NCBI GenBank assembly: GCA_010093995.1
Contig: ML992513.1
Coordinates: forward strand, 369,203 to 433,202
Reading direction: 5' to 3'
DNA length: 64,000 nt
Origin: Elsinoe ampelina
Taxonomy: Eukaryota
Part shown: positions 25,836 to 37,814 of the stretch, piece by piece
Position numbering within the stretch: position 1 is the stretch's first letter
Layout: each line of letters begins with the position of its first letter
Position numbers and translations under genes: made by a program
Notes under the pieces: generated by a model
Database searches by the model: none
The model's input: the letters and a program-made list of their open reading frames with translations, nothing else
What the model was told of the DNA's origin: nothing

Positions 25836-26009
25836 TCATCCTCGCGCGAATTTCGGAATTGGCTGCGCGCTGATCGATCGACTTCGACTTCTTTTCCCAA
25901 AAGCTGCCTGACACGACGCGACGACCAACAACTACAAGTATGTAAACGAGCTGGGAGCCGACATGCAGACACTACGGCTACGCACCGTCCATCCAAACAG
26001 TCTGCGGCA

Positions 26010-27842
26010 ATGACATCAACTGCTGCACGGGCAAGTTTGTCAACGCAAATACCGCAGACACAAAATACAGCTCCGGTCAAAGAGTTCCGATGCCTATACA
26101 CGCGAGACCTGCGCCGCAAGGCCAAGCGCTGGCAGGATGGTATCCTGCGATATCACACCTTCAATCGGCGCGTCATGGTGTACGATACGTTGAGAAGCTT
26201 CATCGGAGACACGTTCAATCCAGGAGGCGCAGAGCTGCAAGAGGGGGACGAGTTGGACCTGGAGAAGGACTTCATCATGGTCGAAGTTGGAGAGCCTATG
26301 GGTACCACACAGACAGACCTGACAGAGTTGTTGGAGAAACGACACAAACATAAAGAGACGAGCGTGAACAATACACCAGCTAGGGCAAGAGTCTCGCAAG
26401 AATCAACGAATGCGCCCTATCAGAAGCATCGTTCGTTGACAGCTCTGCTGGGTACTCCAAAGGGACCTCTAGGCAAAGCGGTCTTGCCCACACTATCTCC
26501 ATTTGAAGAGCGTCAGAAGCGCAAGGCACACATCGATCATGGTTCTTCGAAGCGGCAAAAGCAGAGTACTGCACCTTCCATACTGGCTCGTCCTCCTCCT
26601 CACGCCGCTTCATCACCAGGTTCTAGTCCGATCAGAAGAGCGACTGCGCCGCCATCGAAGCCTCGCCAGACATGTTATGCGTCGAAGCCGCCGGTAGTGA
26701 TTGATATTTCTTCGGATACTATTGGTAAAGACGATAGTTTCCCGCCAAGTTCGCCGCCTGTTAGGTCAAACACCCTCGACGACACGGGCCCACAACGCCT
26801 AAGCGACCCAGCTGCGCCGCCCGTAGCCCCTCAGAAGGCAACGGCATACCCTCGAGAAGAACGTCCAGAGATGGTTGAGGATGAGGCACCAAAGAGGATG
26901 CCACTGAAAGTTATCAGCAATGCTCCTCGCAAGATGCTATTGTGTCAACAACAAACGGCAAAGCGACCCGACAACAAAGTCAACGATAGGACTCCCAAGG
27001 ATACAGCTCCTGCTCGACTTGAGTGTGACTCCGCGCCGGTGTCAAAGTCACCAGACGAGCCAGTCCTGGCTCCTCATCAGCAGCGTTTGAAAGAACGACT
27101 CGCCAGAATTGGACAGAAGAAGCACGTTCAACCCATCCTCGGTTCACAGCCTGACGAGGACGCCGACGTTACTGCGCAGCCTCGACCTTCCGTGCGACCA
27201 GCAAATCCTACATCTGTTGTGCCTGCGGTCGCTTCCGGCATTCCAATCGTGACTGAAGCGATCCCCAATTCGAGAAATGCGCGGCCTGACAACACCACAA
27301 TCGAGGAGAATGCATCTCTACCTCACGTCGCAGTAACATCGAAAGCTGTCTCCAGCAAGGAAACACATCGACCACGCGATTCATCAATCGTGGGTCGAGG
27401 GACTTCTGAACCGCTTGTGCAGAAAGAGCGTCCTCGAGAAGTCACCAGTGCCCACGTTTCCACCGCTCAAGTCGACCGAGTTCAGGTCAACAAACTTGCT
27501 AGGATCAATGAGGTCATTGCCGCAGGGACAGATCCGAAACTTTCAATTCCGGCCAAAGAGCTTCCCAAGGTGGCTGCCGCTCAACCCCCGACGACAGGCA
27601 GATCGCTTAGTAGATCAGAGTCTGATCCGCTCGCGAAGCCCTTCAAGCCCCCTGGTCGACCCGCTGCGAGAGCGATTTCCAAATCGACAACCACCAACAA
27701 GCCTGGCGAGCAGCCGGTACAGACAGGCAAACCTCTAGACTCAGGTCCATGGTCAAGGGAAGCCATGGATTTGTTCGACTGGTGGCCACCAGACAGGGAT
27801 AAGCAGGGAAACAAAATCACCGCAGCCACGACCAAAGCATAA
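26010..27842 (+). CDS. DUF2439 (ZGRF1/Mte1-like N-terminal domain) protein, putative DNA-repair factor
   Basis: N-terminal EFRCLYTRDLRRKAKRWQDGILRYHTFNRRVMVYD followed by a long disordered tail; ATG 26010. Confidence 0.8.
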   Translation: MTSTAARASLSTQIPQTQNTAPVKEFRCLYTRDLRRKAKRWQDGILRYHTFNRRVMVYDTLRSFIGDTFNPGGAELQEGDELDLEKDFIMVEVGEPMGTTQTDLTELLEKRHKHKETSVNNTPARARVSQESTNAPYQKHRSLTALLGTPKGPLGKAVLPTLSPFEERQKRKAHIDHGSSKRQKQSTAPSILARPPPHAASSPGSSPIRRATAPPSKPRQTCYASKPPVVIDISSDTIGKDDSFPPSSPPVRSNTLDDTGPQRLSDPAAPPVAPQKATAYPREERPEMVEDEAPKRMPLKVISNAPRKMLLCQQQTAKRPDNKVNDRTPKDTAPARLECDSAPVSKSPDEPVLAPHQQRLKERLARIGQKKHVQPILGSQPDEDADVTAQPRPSVRPANPTSVVPAVASGIPIVTEAIPNSRNARPDNTTIEENASLPHVAVTSKAVSSKETHRPRDSSIVGRGTSEPLVQKERPREVTSAHVSTAQVDRVQVNKLARINEVIAAGTDPKLSIPAKELPKVAAAQPPTTGRSLSRSESDPLAKPFKPPGRPAARAISKSTTTNKPGEQPVQTGKPLDSGPWSREAMDLFDWWPPDRDKQGNKITAATTKA

Positions 27843-28048
27843 AGATACCCGCATAGGCACGAAAGTATGGATACCCAGAATCAGCGATAGACAGGACGAA
27901 TCACGAAGCATAGCATATGTACAAATCCATTCACACCGTCAATATTGGTATTAATCCTGATCATGAAACCCCACCAATCCGACGCCAGGCCAGACCAACC
28001 GTGAATTCCTCGGCCAATCCCCATCACACCGCCGTCATCCTTGCCGAC

Positions 28049-29701
28049 CTACCACCCACTCTGACTCCTCGTCCTCCCCTTTCCCTTGGCCTGACCCTTT
28101 TCCGCCCCCTCAAACTCCCCATCCACATACCTTCCAAAATACAGCACCGCCTCCAATACCTCCCTGCCTGTCGGCACGATATGCTCTTTGGGCAACAAAA
28201 ACCCATACGCGCCCCTATCCCGCAATTTAATCTGGTACGCGTACCGAATGCCCACTTCATGGTAGAACCAATCCAGGGCGCTACCGCCCGCGCTCTCGAA
28301 GCGGACGCCGAGGTCTTTCTTGCCTGCGGCGTCCGTGCCGAACGCGACGTTGCCCTCGCAGGCTTGTTTGTTGATGTAGCTGTGTCCGCTTTGGATGCGG
28401 ATGGCTTTGCTCAGCCCCATGGCTAGTTCCTCGAGGTTTTCGAGTGACGGGGGGTACGCGTCGCATGAGTAGCTGTATGGATAGAGGATTTGCTGGCTGT
28501 ACGAGTGCAGGTCCAGGAGACCGACGAACTCGACGTTGTTGCTCTCCGTCTCGTTGCGTACCCAGTCGCGGAGGGCTTTGGCCTCGACGCCTTCGAGCGG
28601 GGCCTCGCCTGCGTAGGACTCGCTGCAGGGGTTGCCTGCTGTGGAGGAGTCCCACTGGAAAGGGAAGGAGCGGTCGAGGTCGACGCCGAAGCAGAAGCGG
28701 AGAGGGGTTTGTTGGCGGTTCTTGCGCCAGAGACGGTCAGATTCCCACGAAAAGACGTAGCCGTCGGGGTTGATGGTTGGGATGAAGATCCAGTCAAAGT
28801 CCTCGAGGAGTTGGGTGATTTCGGGGGTCTTGCCATATTCGGTGATGAGGGAGTAGGCGATATAGGTCACTGTGCTGGTGGAGATCCATTCGCGGGCGTG
28901 GATACCACCGGTGATGAGGACAGTTTTGCGCTTCTTCTTGGGTGTGTCGTCATTGGTAGGGTGGACGCCGACGCGGAGGGCGGGTATGTCTCGGCCTTCG
29001 TAGGTGAGGCCGATGTTGACAAGGCGCACGTGGGTGGTGAAGAGGGAGGAGAGGAGGCGCATCCAGGGTGTGATGACGGAGAGTGGTTGGTAGTCGGTGA
29101 AAAAGATGTTGTTGTCTGCGGCGGAGCGTGGTGGAGAGTTGGGCTGAAGTGCGGGCGTGAAGATACCGTGGGATGAGGGTGAGAGAGGGGTGGCCTTGCG
29201 CGGGGAGGGGTAGCTATCGTAGATGGCCTGTTGGAGCTCTTTCTCTTGGAGCAGTGCTGTGTGGGAGTGCTGCATCGACTTCGGTAATTGCTTCAGGACG
29301 TGGGGTAGTGTGTCCTTTGCCATGCGAATGTCTACCCATTCTGAAGTGTGATCCCATACATCCAAGTACATATAGTTGGCAACCTCGGCCAGCTTCCTAG
29401 CTTCTTCTGCAGTTGTGATGTTGAATCGCAAGACCAAATCCAAACCATGCCGCGACTTTGTAGAAAGTGGTGGCTCATCCCAGCTCACGCCAACCCGACC
29501 TGATGTGCTCTTGACCTCGTCGTGGATGCCCCACACCTTCTTGATAACATTATCGGAGAATATTCGCCAGGGTGATCTCGAATGTGACGGTTGTGAGAGA
29601 AGTGGATGTTGCTCATAGTTGCCTTGGAAGCTCGGTATGGCTTGTACAAACGATGTGAGCGCCAGCGTAGTAATGACAACTTGGAGAGTGGGTGATCGCA
29701 T
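28049..29701 (-). CDS. ECM14: M14 zinc carboxypeptidase-like protein Ecm14
   Basis: Signal peptide, propeptide, HAREWIS, NPDGY, WRKNRQ, DLHSYSQ; YQIKLRD has Lys at the catalytic Glu position, as in Ecm14. Confidence 0.9.
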   Translation of the reverse strand: MRSPTLQVVITTLALTSFVQAIPSFQGNYEQHPLLSQPSHSRSPWRIFSDNVIKKVWGIHDEVKSTSGRVGVSWDEPPLSTKSRHGLDLVLRFNITTAEEARKLAEVANYMYLDVWDHTSEWVDIRMAKDTLPHVLKQLPKSMQHSHTALLQEKELQQAIYDSYPSPRKATPLSPSSHGIFTPALQPNSPPRSAADNNIFFTDYQPLSVITPWMRLLSSLFTTHVRLVNIGLTYEGRDIPALRVGVHPTNDDTPKKKRKTVLITGGIHAREWISTSTVTYIAYSLITEYGKTPEITQLLEDFDWIFIPTINPDGYVFSWESDRLWRKNRQQTPLRFCFGVDLDRSFPFQWDSSTAGNPCSESYAGEAPLEGVEAKALRDWVRNETESNNVEFVGLLDLHSYSQQILYPYSYSCDAYPPSLENLEELAMGLSKAIRIQSGHSYINKQACEGNVAFGTDAAGKKDLGVRFESAGGSALDWFYHEVGIRYAYQIKLRDRGAYGFLLPKEHIVPTGREVLEAVLYFGRYVDGEFEGAEKGQAKGKGRTRSQSGW

Positions 29702-30396
29702 CTTGACGTCTAGCCTGCCGGCTTGCAGGTTTCTGACAGCTACGAGACTGCTCGAGCAGATTGGATGTGATGAAGTGGCACTGTCAGCGATTGCACATTG
29801 GCGTACCGCCGTCCGAGGAGACTCCGATCGCAGTGAGAGAGATGATGCCTGGTCGCGTGCCTGGAAGTTGGAACTGACGTTCTGTGCCTTGCAGGAAGCG
29901 ACAAAAGCAAATCGTAGTGAGATCCAAGCGGCTGAGTAGCTCTTACTTGTTCCAGTTTAGCCTGACGGGACGGGGCGCAAAGGAAGAACCGTGTGGTGGA
30001 ACTCTCGGAGTCTTGGTTCTGGGATTGAAGAAGAGAAGGGTCCACGTTCCGTTCTTGGGCAGGTCGGCAAGTGCTCGTCAGCTTTCCTACACGTGCCATT
30101 CCTCCCCTGCCTCCTCTACCATTCGCCAGATTCCTCATCAATCGGATTATCGTCACTCGTTTCCGATATCCCGACAGCTTCACGATAGACCACGCCCTCA
30201 TCGATTGCTCGCAGGCCCAGCGTCGACCCAAGGACGGACATCCCCGGACAACCATTTCAACGGCACGAAACATTTCAAGGCCCGCCTTACGCAGTTCGCT
30301 CCATCCATGAGCGTGGCCAAAAGCCTACACGACCACATATGTAACGCGTTTGGAATCCATCACTACATATGAAAAGCCGTCACAGCTTACGCGGCA

Positions 30397-33300
30397 ATGC
30401 CCCTGCTCCCGAAGCGCCGCAGCACACTGGACCTCCTGACATCAGAACTCCGCGCAAATCGCGTTGAGCGAGACAATGCTTTCCGATCAGACACTCCAAC
30501 TGAGCGAGTACCTTCGGTGTCTCTTCCGCGACCAAAAAGCGCCCATGACCTCCATGCAGGCCCACCTGCTTTTGGAGGGCTGGCGGATTCCCCTCCTATG
30601 CCAGGCAACAAAACACCAAGACGATTCAGCATGCGATTGTCACGCCACTTCTCAGACAGTCAATTGTCGGCACGTGTAAGAGCTCAAGCTGCGGAAGAGG
30701 AAAGGCCACCCGTCCCAGCACTACCATTGCAGCCACCCGCTCCGCTAATACATCCTACTCCTCCGACAATCATGACCACATCTCCGACCGTTGACCTCAA
30801 TCAGGACCTACCGAAGAAGAAGTCACGCGGGAACATCTTCAAGAGACAGAAATCACAAGTAGGCTCCGTCAAATCCGAAGCTTCTGAGAAGGCACTATCG
30901 CCTATGAAGGAGAAGAGCCGGTTTCAATGGGGCAGAAAATCACAAGACTTGCTACGCAGTCCAAACAGACTGTCTGTAGCATCAGGGGAGGATCTTCAAC
31001 CGAGTCGATCAGAAAGTCCAACATTGTCGCCTCCACAACAGCTCAAAGGCCGCAAATCTGCAGATCTGAAGCGAAAGTCGATATTCGGTCTTCCAAGCAA
31101 GAAGCAAAAACATCTTTTTCCTCTACCCGTCAAGATCGAGCCGCCCCCTCAATATCCAGATACGGCGCCTGCCACGCCACGTGAATCGACAAGCAACCTG
31201 TCTCACAGATCGGGTGGCTCACCTGTGCAAAAGCACAGTCCCGTGAAGCGGCAAGCAGATTTGACACCTGCAGACAGCCAGACACTCCACCCTTCAGCGA
31301 GTCAGGCCGCACTGGCGCGTGCAAATGTGACATTTGCGCCACCTGGATATCCACTAATCCGGAATGACTCCAACAGATCTATCCCATCCACACATTCGTC
31401 ACCGAACATGGGTCCACCACGGAAACTGGGATTTCGAGATCGAGCTTCGACGAACAGCACATTTGGCCGACCATCGGAAGATATTACCCCTCCAACTCCA
31501 CCCACGCTGAGTGGCAGCACAAGAAATTCGACCTCGACCGGTGGACGAGCCAGTCTCGGAGGCTTCTTGACCTTGGGAAGATTCCGTGGTGCTGATTCCA
31601 ACGGGTCCAGACATGACTCGCCTGGTGCTGGCTCAAAGCAGAACTCGATGACAATCAGTCGCGATACAATAGCTCTGCCAGAGCGAATAGAAGGTGAAAC
31701 GGCTGCCAAATATCTCGAACGACTACAGAGTCTGGCTTCCCGCAATGTCATTGCTGCAATGCTCTCAAAATCGACGGACAGCTTCTTCCAAAACGTGCTC
31801 AGAAGTTATACTAGACGATTTGCGTTCTTCGGAGAGCCGATCGATATGTCTTTACGAAAGTTCTTACTCGAAGCCGAGCTTCCCAAGGAGACGCAACAGG
31901 TCGACCGCGTGATGCAGGCATTCGCTGATCGGTATCACGAATGTAATCCAGGCATTTTCTTATCACCAGATGAGGCATATGTCATTGCATTCTCTCTCAT
32001 GATGCTGCATACAGATGCTTTCAATCGCAACAACAAATACAAGATGCAGAAAAATGACTATATCAAGAACACCAGGGGCCAGCATGTTTCCGAAGATGTG
32101 CTTGCTTGTTTCTACGACAACATTTGCTACACCCCTTTTATCCATTTCGACGAGGACGATTTCGATGCCGGCAGCGACCGACTATCATCATTCAAGTCGA
32201 AAAAGGCCAAATTAAAGGGTGCCATGCCAGACCCAACGAAAAAGTCGAGCGGGCCTGTCGATCCTTATTCGCTAATCATAGATAACAAGTTGGATGTGCT
32301 ACGGCCTTCGATCAAGGACTCTATCGTTCTGGAAGATCCATACAGCTACCTGGGGACAGCAAAGATGCTCGAGCCGATCAAGATGCAGAAGAAGTTTCAT
32401 TATGGAGGGATACTACAGATCATCTCAGCACGGTCACGACCCGCTGCATTTGAGAACCAAGCATCTCGAGACAATCCTGATGAATCGAAACCTGGTGTGG
32501 TCGATCTGCAAGTGACGAAAGTCGGTATTCTGTGGCGCAAATCAGCGAAACGGAAAAAGGCACGATCTCCCTGGCAGGAATGGGGTGCGATCTTGACTGG
32601 ATCACAACTGTACTTCTTCAAGAATATATCCTGGATTAAGAATCTCATGCAACAGTTCAACGCACACCAGAAGCACATGGTACCGCCTTCGCCGGTCGTG
32701 TTCAAGCCACCTCTCGAAGAGTTCAAGCCGGATTCTTTGATCAAGACGGACGACGCGGTCGCCCTGATCGACGCATCGTACAATCGTCACAAAAATGCAT
32801 TCACCCTGGTCCGACATGGTGGCGAGGAGGAGATCTTCCTAGCCGATAGTGAGACAGAGCTCAACGACTGGCTCGCTCTGGTCAACTATGCTGCAGCGTT
32901 CAGGTCCGCTGGTGTACGCATTCGAGGATTTGTCGGCACGAATCCCATAGAGTCGCAGCCTTCTGGGCTGAAACGGACGCCTACGAACAGGACCATTCGA
33001 CCTGGAGAGGTGGGTCATCAACGAAGTAATAGCACCACTCCGCACTTGGCCAAGCAGATCATGGCTGCTCGTAGGAGACAGATGATCGCTAAAATTGCCG
33101 AAGCGGAGATCAAGATCACAGATACAGACAAACAGCTAGATGACATGCTACGGAACGCCCGTCACCTGCTCGTTCTCGCCCCGATTCAACCACGATCGAG
33201 AGAAGTCATCATTCACTCGGCCGCACGCATTGATGCTCAAATCAAGTGGACGAGGAGAGAAATTTGGAGGACAAAGTGTTACAAGGACATTTTGTACAGC

Positions 33301-34704
33301 GACGCCCTTGAGGATACTGAAGATATCAAGGACGAGGCGTCGAGAATGCGGCCCATATCGCTGTTTCCACCTGCAGACGAACCCATTGAAGTGGTGCCTG
33401 CTTTGCTCCCGACAGATGTGGATTCTGATGAATCAGAACCAGCATCACCGGTTGTGTCTACTCGACCACAGACCATGTCTTCTGGCATCAACATGCCTGA
33501 TGAAGACGTCTTTCGAACGCCTCCAGAATCTGCTCGGCAAGGTGAGGGCTGGTCGTGGAAGCTCCCACCTCTTGAGCTCAATTCAACTCTTGCCTCTGAT
33601 CCACCGCCTGTGGAACGACATCCTTCAGTGTCTTCGGCCGTGCCATCTACCACATCAGCTCGTCGTCCTTCTGTGACGCAAATCAGCTCCACTTCGTCCG
33701 CTGCCGACCTTACTCGTCTAAGCTCCGCAACACATACCGACCGACCTGTCTCACAACTCAATTCCACAACTTCCTCAAACCCGATCACTCCTGCATCCTC
33801 TCACAAGCGCGAGACACTCACGACCAGCTTGACGGCGACAACAGTATCCTCACATCGCAGACTTTCCGACGCCGCAGTACATCCCACACCTGATTCTGCA
33901 GGAACCCGCACACGCTCGCATCGAAAATCGCTTCATCGCACACTCCGCGACGGCTTCCACGAGCCCGGCAGTATTCATCGCCACCGCAAGGGCAAAGAGT
34001 CTGCATCGACTGTCAAGTCAGACGTCACGCATGGTGAAACGGAAGACGTGCCAGAAGGCACACCAGGTCTCGAGCGGGGCGAAGGTCGATTCATCCTCCA
34101 CGGCAAGCAAGCAAGCGTCATCACATTCGGCGAAGGCTGGGAAGGTGCAATCCGCATGCCCACCGTCAAAAGGGACGAAGGCAGGAACCACAACCCCGAC
34201 GACGTCAGCCCAGACGCCCAAGGCAACATGCGCAGCGCAGAGAACACCATCCGCGAAGCTTCCCTCCAACCATCCGATGAAACCAACGAGCAAACCACAA
34301 ATGGCCTACACGAGCAAGGCGCCAATTCCCCGAACCCACCCCAAGACCCCCGCAGCCGAGCCGAAAGCCTCACCGCCGACGCCCAAGCCGCCGCCGCTTT
34401 CGTCGACGGCCTCAAACCCAAAGCAAGCTCGAGCAGCCTCGCTAGCGGTCGCACAGGCAGCTTCTTCGACGCGAGGGAGCGGAAGTCAAACGACGACCTA
34501 AGTCGGTTCGACGGTACGCCTGATCGGCGGAGTAGAGTGAGTATGCTGGACGAGAAGGGGGATTTGAAGGAAGAGGTGGAGCGTGATAAGAACGGAATGC
34601 ACAGGGATAAGTTGAGTACGGGGGAGTTGAGGAGGTTGAGTACCGGTGAGGGATTGGGGGTTATGGAGGGGAGGCAGAGGCTTGGAGAGGTTGGGGCTGG
34701 GTAG
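30397..34704 (+). CDS. Sec7-domain + PH-domain ARF guanine-nucleotide exchange factor (Syt1/Sec74-like)
   Basis: 1435-aa ORF; Sec7 motifs LRKFLLEAELPKETQQVDR and AFSLMMLHTDAFN; PH-like KVGILWRK..WQEWGAILTGSQLYFFK..ELNDWLALVN. Confidence 0.92.
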   Translation: MPLLPKRRSTLDLLTSELRANRVERDNAFRSDTPTERVPSVSLPRPKSAHDLHAGPPAFGGLADSPPMPGNKTPRRFSMRLSRHFSDSQLSARVRAQAAEEERPPVPALPLQPPAPLIHPTPPTIMTTSPTVDLNQDLPKKKSRGNIFKRQKSQVGSVKSEASEKALSPMKEKSRFQWGRKSQDLLRSPNRLSVASGEDLQPSRSESPTLSPPQQLKGRKSADLKRKSIFGLPSKKQKHLFPLPVKIEPPPQYPDTAPATPRESTSNLSHRSGGSPVQKHSPVKRQADLTPADSQTLHPSASQAALARANVTFAPPGYPLIRNDSNRSIPSTHSSPNMGPPRKLGFRDRASTNSTFGRPSEDITPPTPPTLSGSTRNSTSTGGRASLGGFLTLGRFRGADSNGSRHDSPGAGSKQNSMTISRDTIALPERIEGETAAKYLERLQSLASRNVIAAMLSKSTDSFFQNVLRSYTRRFAFFGEPIDMSLRKFLLEAELPKETQQVDRVMQAFADRYHECNPGIFLSPDEAYVIAFSLMMLHTDAFNRNNKYKMQKNDYIKNTRGQHVSEDVLACFYDNICYTPFIHFDEDDFDAGSDRLSSFKSKKAKLKGAMPDPTKKSSGPVDPYSLIIDNKLDVLRPSIKDSIVLEDPYSYLGTAKMLEPIKMQKKFHYGGILQIISARSRPAAFENQASRDNPDESKPGVVDLQVTKVGILWRKSAKRKKARSPWQEWGAILTGSQLYFFKNISWIKNLMQQFNAHQKHMVPPSPVVFKPPLEEFKPDSLIKTDDAVALIDASYNRHKNAFTLVRHGGEEEIFLADSETELNDWLALVNYAAAFRSAGVRIRGFVGTNPIESQPSGLKRTPTNRTIRPGEVGHQRSNSTTPHLAKQIMAARRRQMIAKIAEAEIKITDTDKQLDDMLRNARHLLVLAPIQPRSREVIIHSAARIDAQIKWTRREIWRTKCYKDILYSDALEDTEDIKDEASRMRPISLFPPADEPIEVVPALLPTDVDSDESEPASPVVSTRPQTMSSGINMPDEDVFRTPPESARQGEGWSWKLPPLELNSTLASDPPPVERHPSVSSAVPSTTSARRPSVTQISSTSSAADLTRLSSATHTDRPVSQLNSTTSSNPITPASSHKRETLTTSLTATTVSSHRRLSDAAVHPTPDSAGTRTRSHRKSLHRTLRDGFHEPGSIHRHRKGKESASTVKSDVTHGETEDVPEGTPGLERGEGRFILHGKQASVITFGEGWEGAIRMPTVKRDEGRNHNPDDVSPDAQGNMRSAENTIREASLQPSDETNEQTTNGLHEQGANSPNPPQDPRSRAESLTADAQAAAAFVDGLKPKASSSSLASGRTGSFFDARERKSNDDLSRFDGTPDRRSRVSMLDEKGDLKEEVERDKNGMHRDKLSTGELRRLSTGEGLGVMEGRQRLGEVGAG

Positions 34705-35271
34705 ATTGGAGGGAGAAAAGATGGGCTGTGGTGGGAAAGGGGGTTTCTTTTTGTGGATAGAAGACAGAGGCGTCGGGGATAAAAAGTCTGGAATTGGGAT
34801 GGAGGAGGGAAGGGGCGTATTGGAGGGTTGGGATTATGATATCTCATGATAGCGTAGGATCTTCATGCATGACCTGAGGGTATCTTCTTTGCTACTCTTC
34901 TAGCGTACATCTCCGATATCGATCTCCGGCATTTCCCACGTGGGTCCATCGCAATGAGATTCTGCTTGGATGTCTTCCGTGGCTGGTAGATCTGGCTGGG
35001 GAGGTGCGTGTCCTTGACGTCGACCTCGCGTGATCTGCGCAACCCTCTCGCAGCGAGATTTCATCCTGGTCCTGACGGCTGGTAATTGCAGGAGACGCTT
35101 CTCCATGGACCTCTATTATGCGGACGCGAGTTTCCTCAGAATCCCTGCTTCAGCTCGCCATGCACCGCAGGCATGCCCCTACCATACTCTCCCCATTCCT
35201 ACTACCAGCCCCTCGTCCTTGCAGTATCCCATCTTCATAGCCTCGACCTCGATCCCGTAACGCAAACCCCC

Positions 35272-35607
35272 TCAAGCATAACCCCCCTGCCTCCCCCCCT
35301 TCTTCTGATAAAACAAATCCGTCCTACTGCTCCCGAGATTAATAATCTTGGGACACCCATCCCTATCCTTCTCCAACCTCGTACACTCGAAGCAGTAAAA
35401 CGCATCGCTGATCCCTTCCCCGCCGCAGACGACGCATTTGTTCTGGTAGTTGCCGAAGGCGCACTCGTCGCAGATGCGCACGAGGGTCGTGGGGCGCACG
35501 TACGAGTCGCACACGGGGCATTTGCCGTCGCATTTTTCGCAGAGGCGCCCGATGGAGATGCCGGATGTTTTGCGGCACATTACTAGGTCCGGGTGGTGGC
35601 GGGACAT
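35272..35607 (-). CDS. RDS3: SF3b splicing factor Rds3/PHF5A/Ini1
   Basis: [48 protein letters not shown] 35607, 111 aa. Confidence 0.97.
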   Translation of the reverse strand: MSRHHPDLVMCRKTSGISIGRLCEKCDGKCPVCDSYVRPTTLVRICDECAFGNYQNKCVVCGGEGISDAFYCFECTRLEKDRDGCPKIINLGSSRTDLFYQKKGGRQGGYA

Positions 35608-35972
35608 TGTGGGTTGTTCTTGGGGAGGCGAGAGGGAGGGGGTTGAGAGGGTGGTGCGGTGGGATTCGTGGAGGTGTTTGAGGTTGGGCCTTGAGGAGCG
35701 CGACGAGGTACAGGAGCGGAAGAGGACGAGGTCGAGTGTTGGTGACGAGCTGGAGTTTGTGGAGTTGTGGATTGCTGAGATGCTTAGATATGCGTCTCTG
35801 TTGCTCGGTCTGAGAAAGTTCACGGAAAGCGGCAGAAACTGCTGATTCAGCGTTGAGAGCTCGCAAACACCGAGGGCGGTCACGCTAATTCCGCAGCAGC
35901 TACGATCGTGGCAAGGACGAGAGCAACTTATCATTTTTCTGACATTGTTTGAATCTGTACATGTATAGACGA

Positions 35973-37326
35973 CTATCCTCTACTCGGCCTGTAGTCTGCC
36001 GGAGCTTCCAATACAACCTCGTCCATCTTCTCGTTCTGGACCATTTTGGCCTTTCCAATGACCAGCTGCATCGCCATGTAATTACAAACACAGCTGATGC
36101 CCATTTCTTCCCCTCTCTTTATTATGTATCCGTTAATGTAGCGGATCTCAGTAGGCTTCCCTGCCCGCACGTCTGCAAGAGTACTGCTGATGTTCTCCCG
36201 TGTCTTGTTGGCGATACTGACGACCAGCGTCTCCAGTCTGTCCGCGCTGAATCTTGTGGCCACATTTGGCAGACCCTGCAGCTCGGGTAGTGATCGGAGC
36301 ACAAGGCTAATCTCGGCGAGAAGAAGCCTTTGCACTTTGGTGAGAGCGAAGCTAAAGTTCACCGCTCCGTTCCTGGCGTCTAGCATGACCGTCATGGTAT
36401 TGACGACTGCGTTCTGCGCCAGCTTCTCGAGTTTCTGCTGGAGAAACTCCACTCGCGGTACGCCTATTGCCCCGAGGATTGGACAACGGGTGAGAGTCCG
36501 CAGGAGATACCTGGAGGTCGGAGAGTACTCCACTGGAGTGCTGACGTCTGCTTCGGCATGCCGTGTCCGCGGAAGTGTCGAAAGGGCGATGGTACCTCTC
36601 CCAGCATGTACAGCATAGAATGCTTGACTTCCTGGCGGACTGTTGGCGCCGTGGGAGACAATGCCTAGCATGTAGTTCGGCCTGGTTTCCGGATCTGGGA
36701 ACACGTGCTCGTTCAATTCGTCAATGACACCCATGCCGTTCTGCAACAGACAGATTGTGGTGGTCGGAAGGATGCGATGCTTCAGAGATAGCATAGCCGA
36801 GACTGTCAAATGGATTTTGACTGTCACAATAAGATTGTGGATGGGTTCGTCTGATTCCTCGGGTGCACGTCGTGGTTCGACTTGGTCTTCCTGGATACCT
36901 CTACCCCTGCCCTGCTGTTTCTTCAGCTCGGCCGCTGCTTCATGAGGCAATAGGCCATCTGGGTTGTTGAAGATGAAGTCTGTATCATTGGTCTGGATGC
37001 CAAAGAAGCGCTTCGGTGGCAAGGCGAGCTCCATGTCGAATCCCTTCTGAGACGTCTCGCGTTCTCCTTCCCGGATCGTGACATCCTTTTTGCTACGCTC
37101 CCACTCCTTGAGCAGACCCCATCGGTGCGAAATCAGCGTGACTGGGGGTGGATTGCGAAGGCCTCTCAACGAATGCGCCACGAGCTTTCCTATAGCCCCA
37201 AGGCCGATAATGTGTATCCTTTCTGGCGCATATTGATGACCCCGCGTCTCAGCATCTGAAGCATAACCTGGCGACGACTGTGGTGAAATAGGAGTCGATG
37301 TGTCCGATGTTTGAGAAGCCCTGCGC
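35973..37326 (-). CDS. 2-dehydropantoate 2-reductase (ketopantoate reductase, ApbA/PanE family); first exon not resolved
   Basis: Rossmann [14 protein letters not shown] upstream of the listed [51 protein letters not shown] acceptor near 37327. Confidence 0.88.
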
Positions 37327-37814
37327 TAAGGTCAGTATCACAGTGTTTTTTTCTGGCATGGATTGACAAACGCAGTCGGTCTGGCACCACTCATTGTCTC
37401 CCTACTCCCAGTCCACCAAGAAATGGACCTCTTCTCGAGCAATTGACTGGCCGCCCGGCCCTCGAATAGACTACCGCAGCTCCATGCGCCTGTGGCCCGC
37501 AGTATCCGATGCGGCAGCTGCTTGCCGAGTATGAGAGACAGCTTGAATGTGGTTCAGCACCATAAGGTGTGAGAAAGTCAGACGGCGCAGGCGCTATGAG
37601 CGATTGACAAAAGATATGTTTGTGGACAAGGGAGATCTGGTTGGAAGAGAAAGCATGTCGTCACAAAACCAGATCTCTTGGCGTGAGCTGCTGCAGATCT
37701 CCAATGCATGTGCAAACCTTATTCTTTACTTCACCTGGAATCACATGTGAAGTCGGCAGTATCACATGCAGTATTGAACCAGTCGAGGTTGACATTGCCA
37801 TCACTGTAGCCGAT

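Noticed and set aside
25752..26009. N-terminal extension of the DUF2439 ORF starting in the LTR
   Set aside because: Non-ATG start inside LTR sequence; the first ATG at 26010 directly precedes the domain.
28216..28240. Missing catalytic Glu in the M14 peptidase
   Set aside because: This is a known feature of Ecm14 orthologues, not a new lesion.
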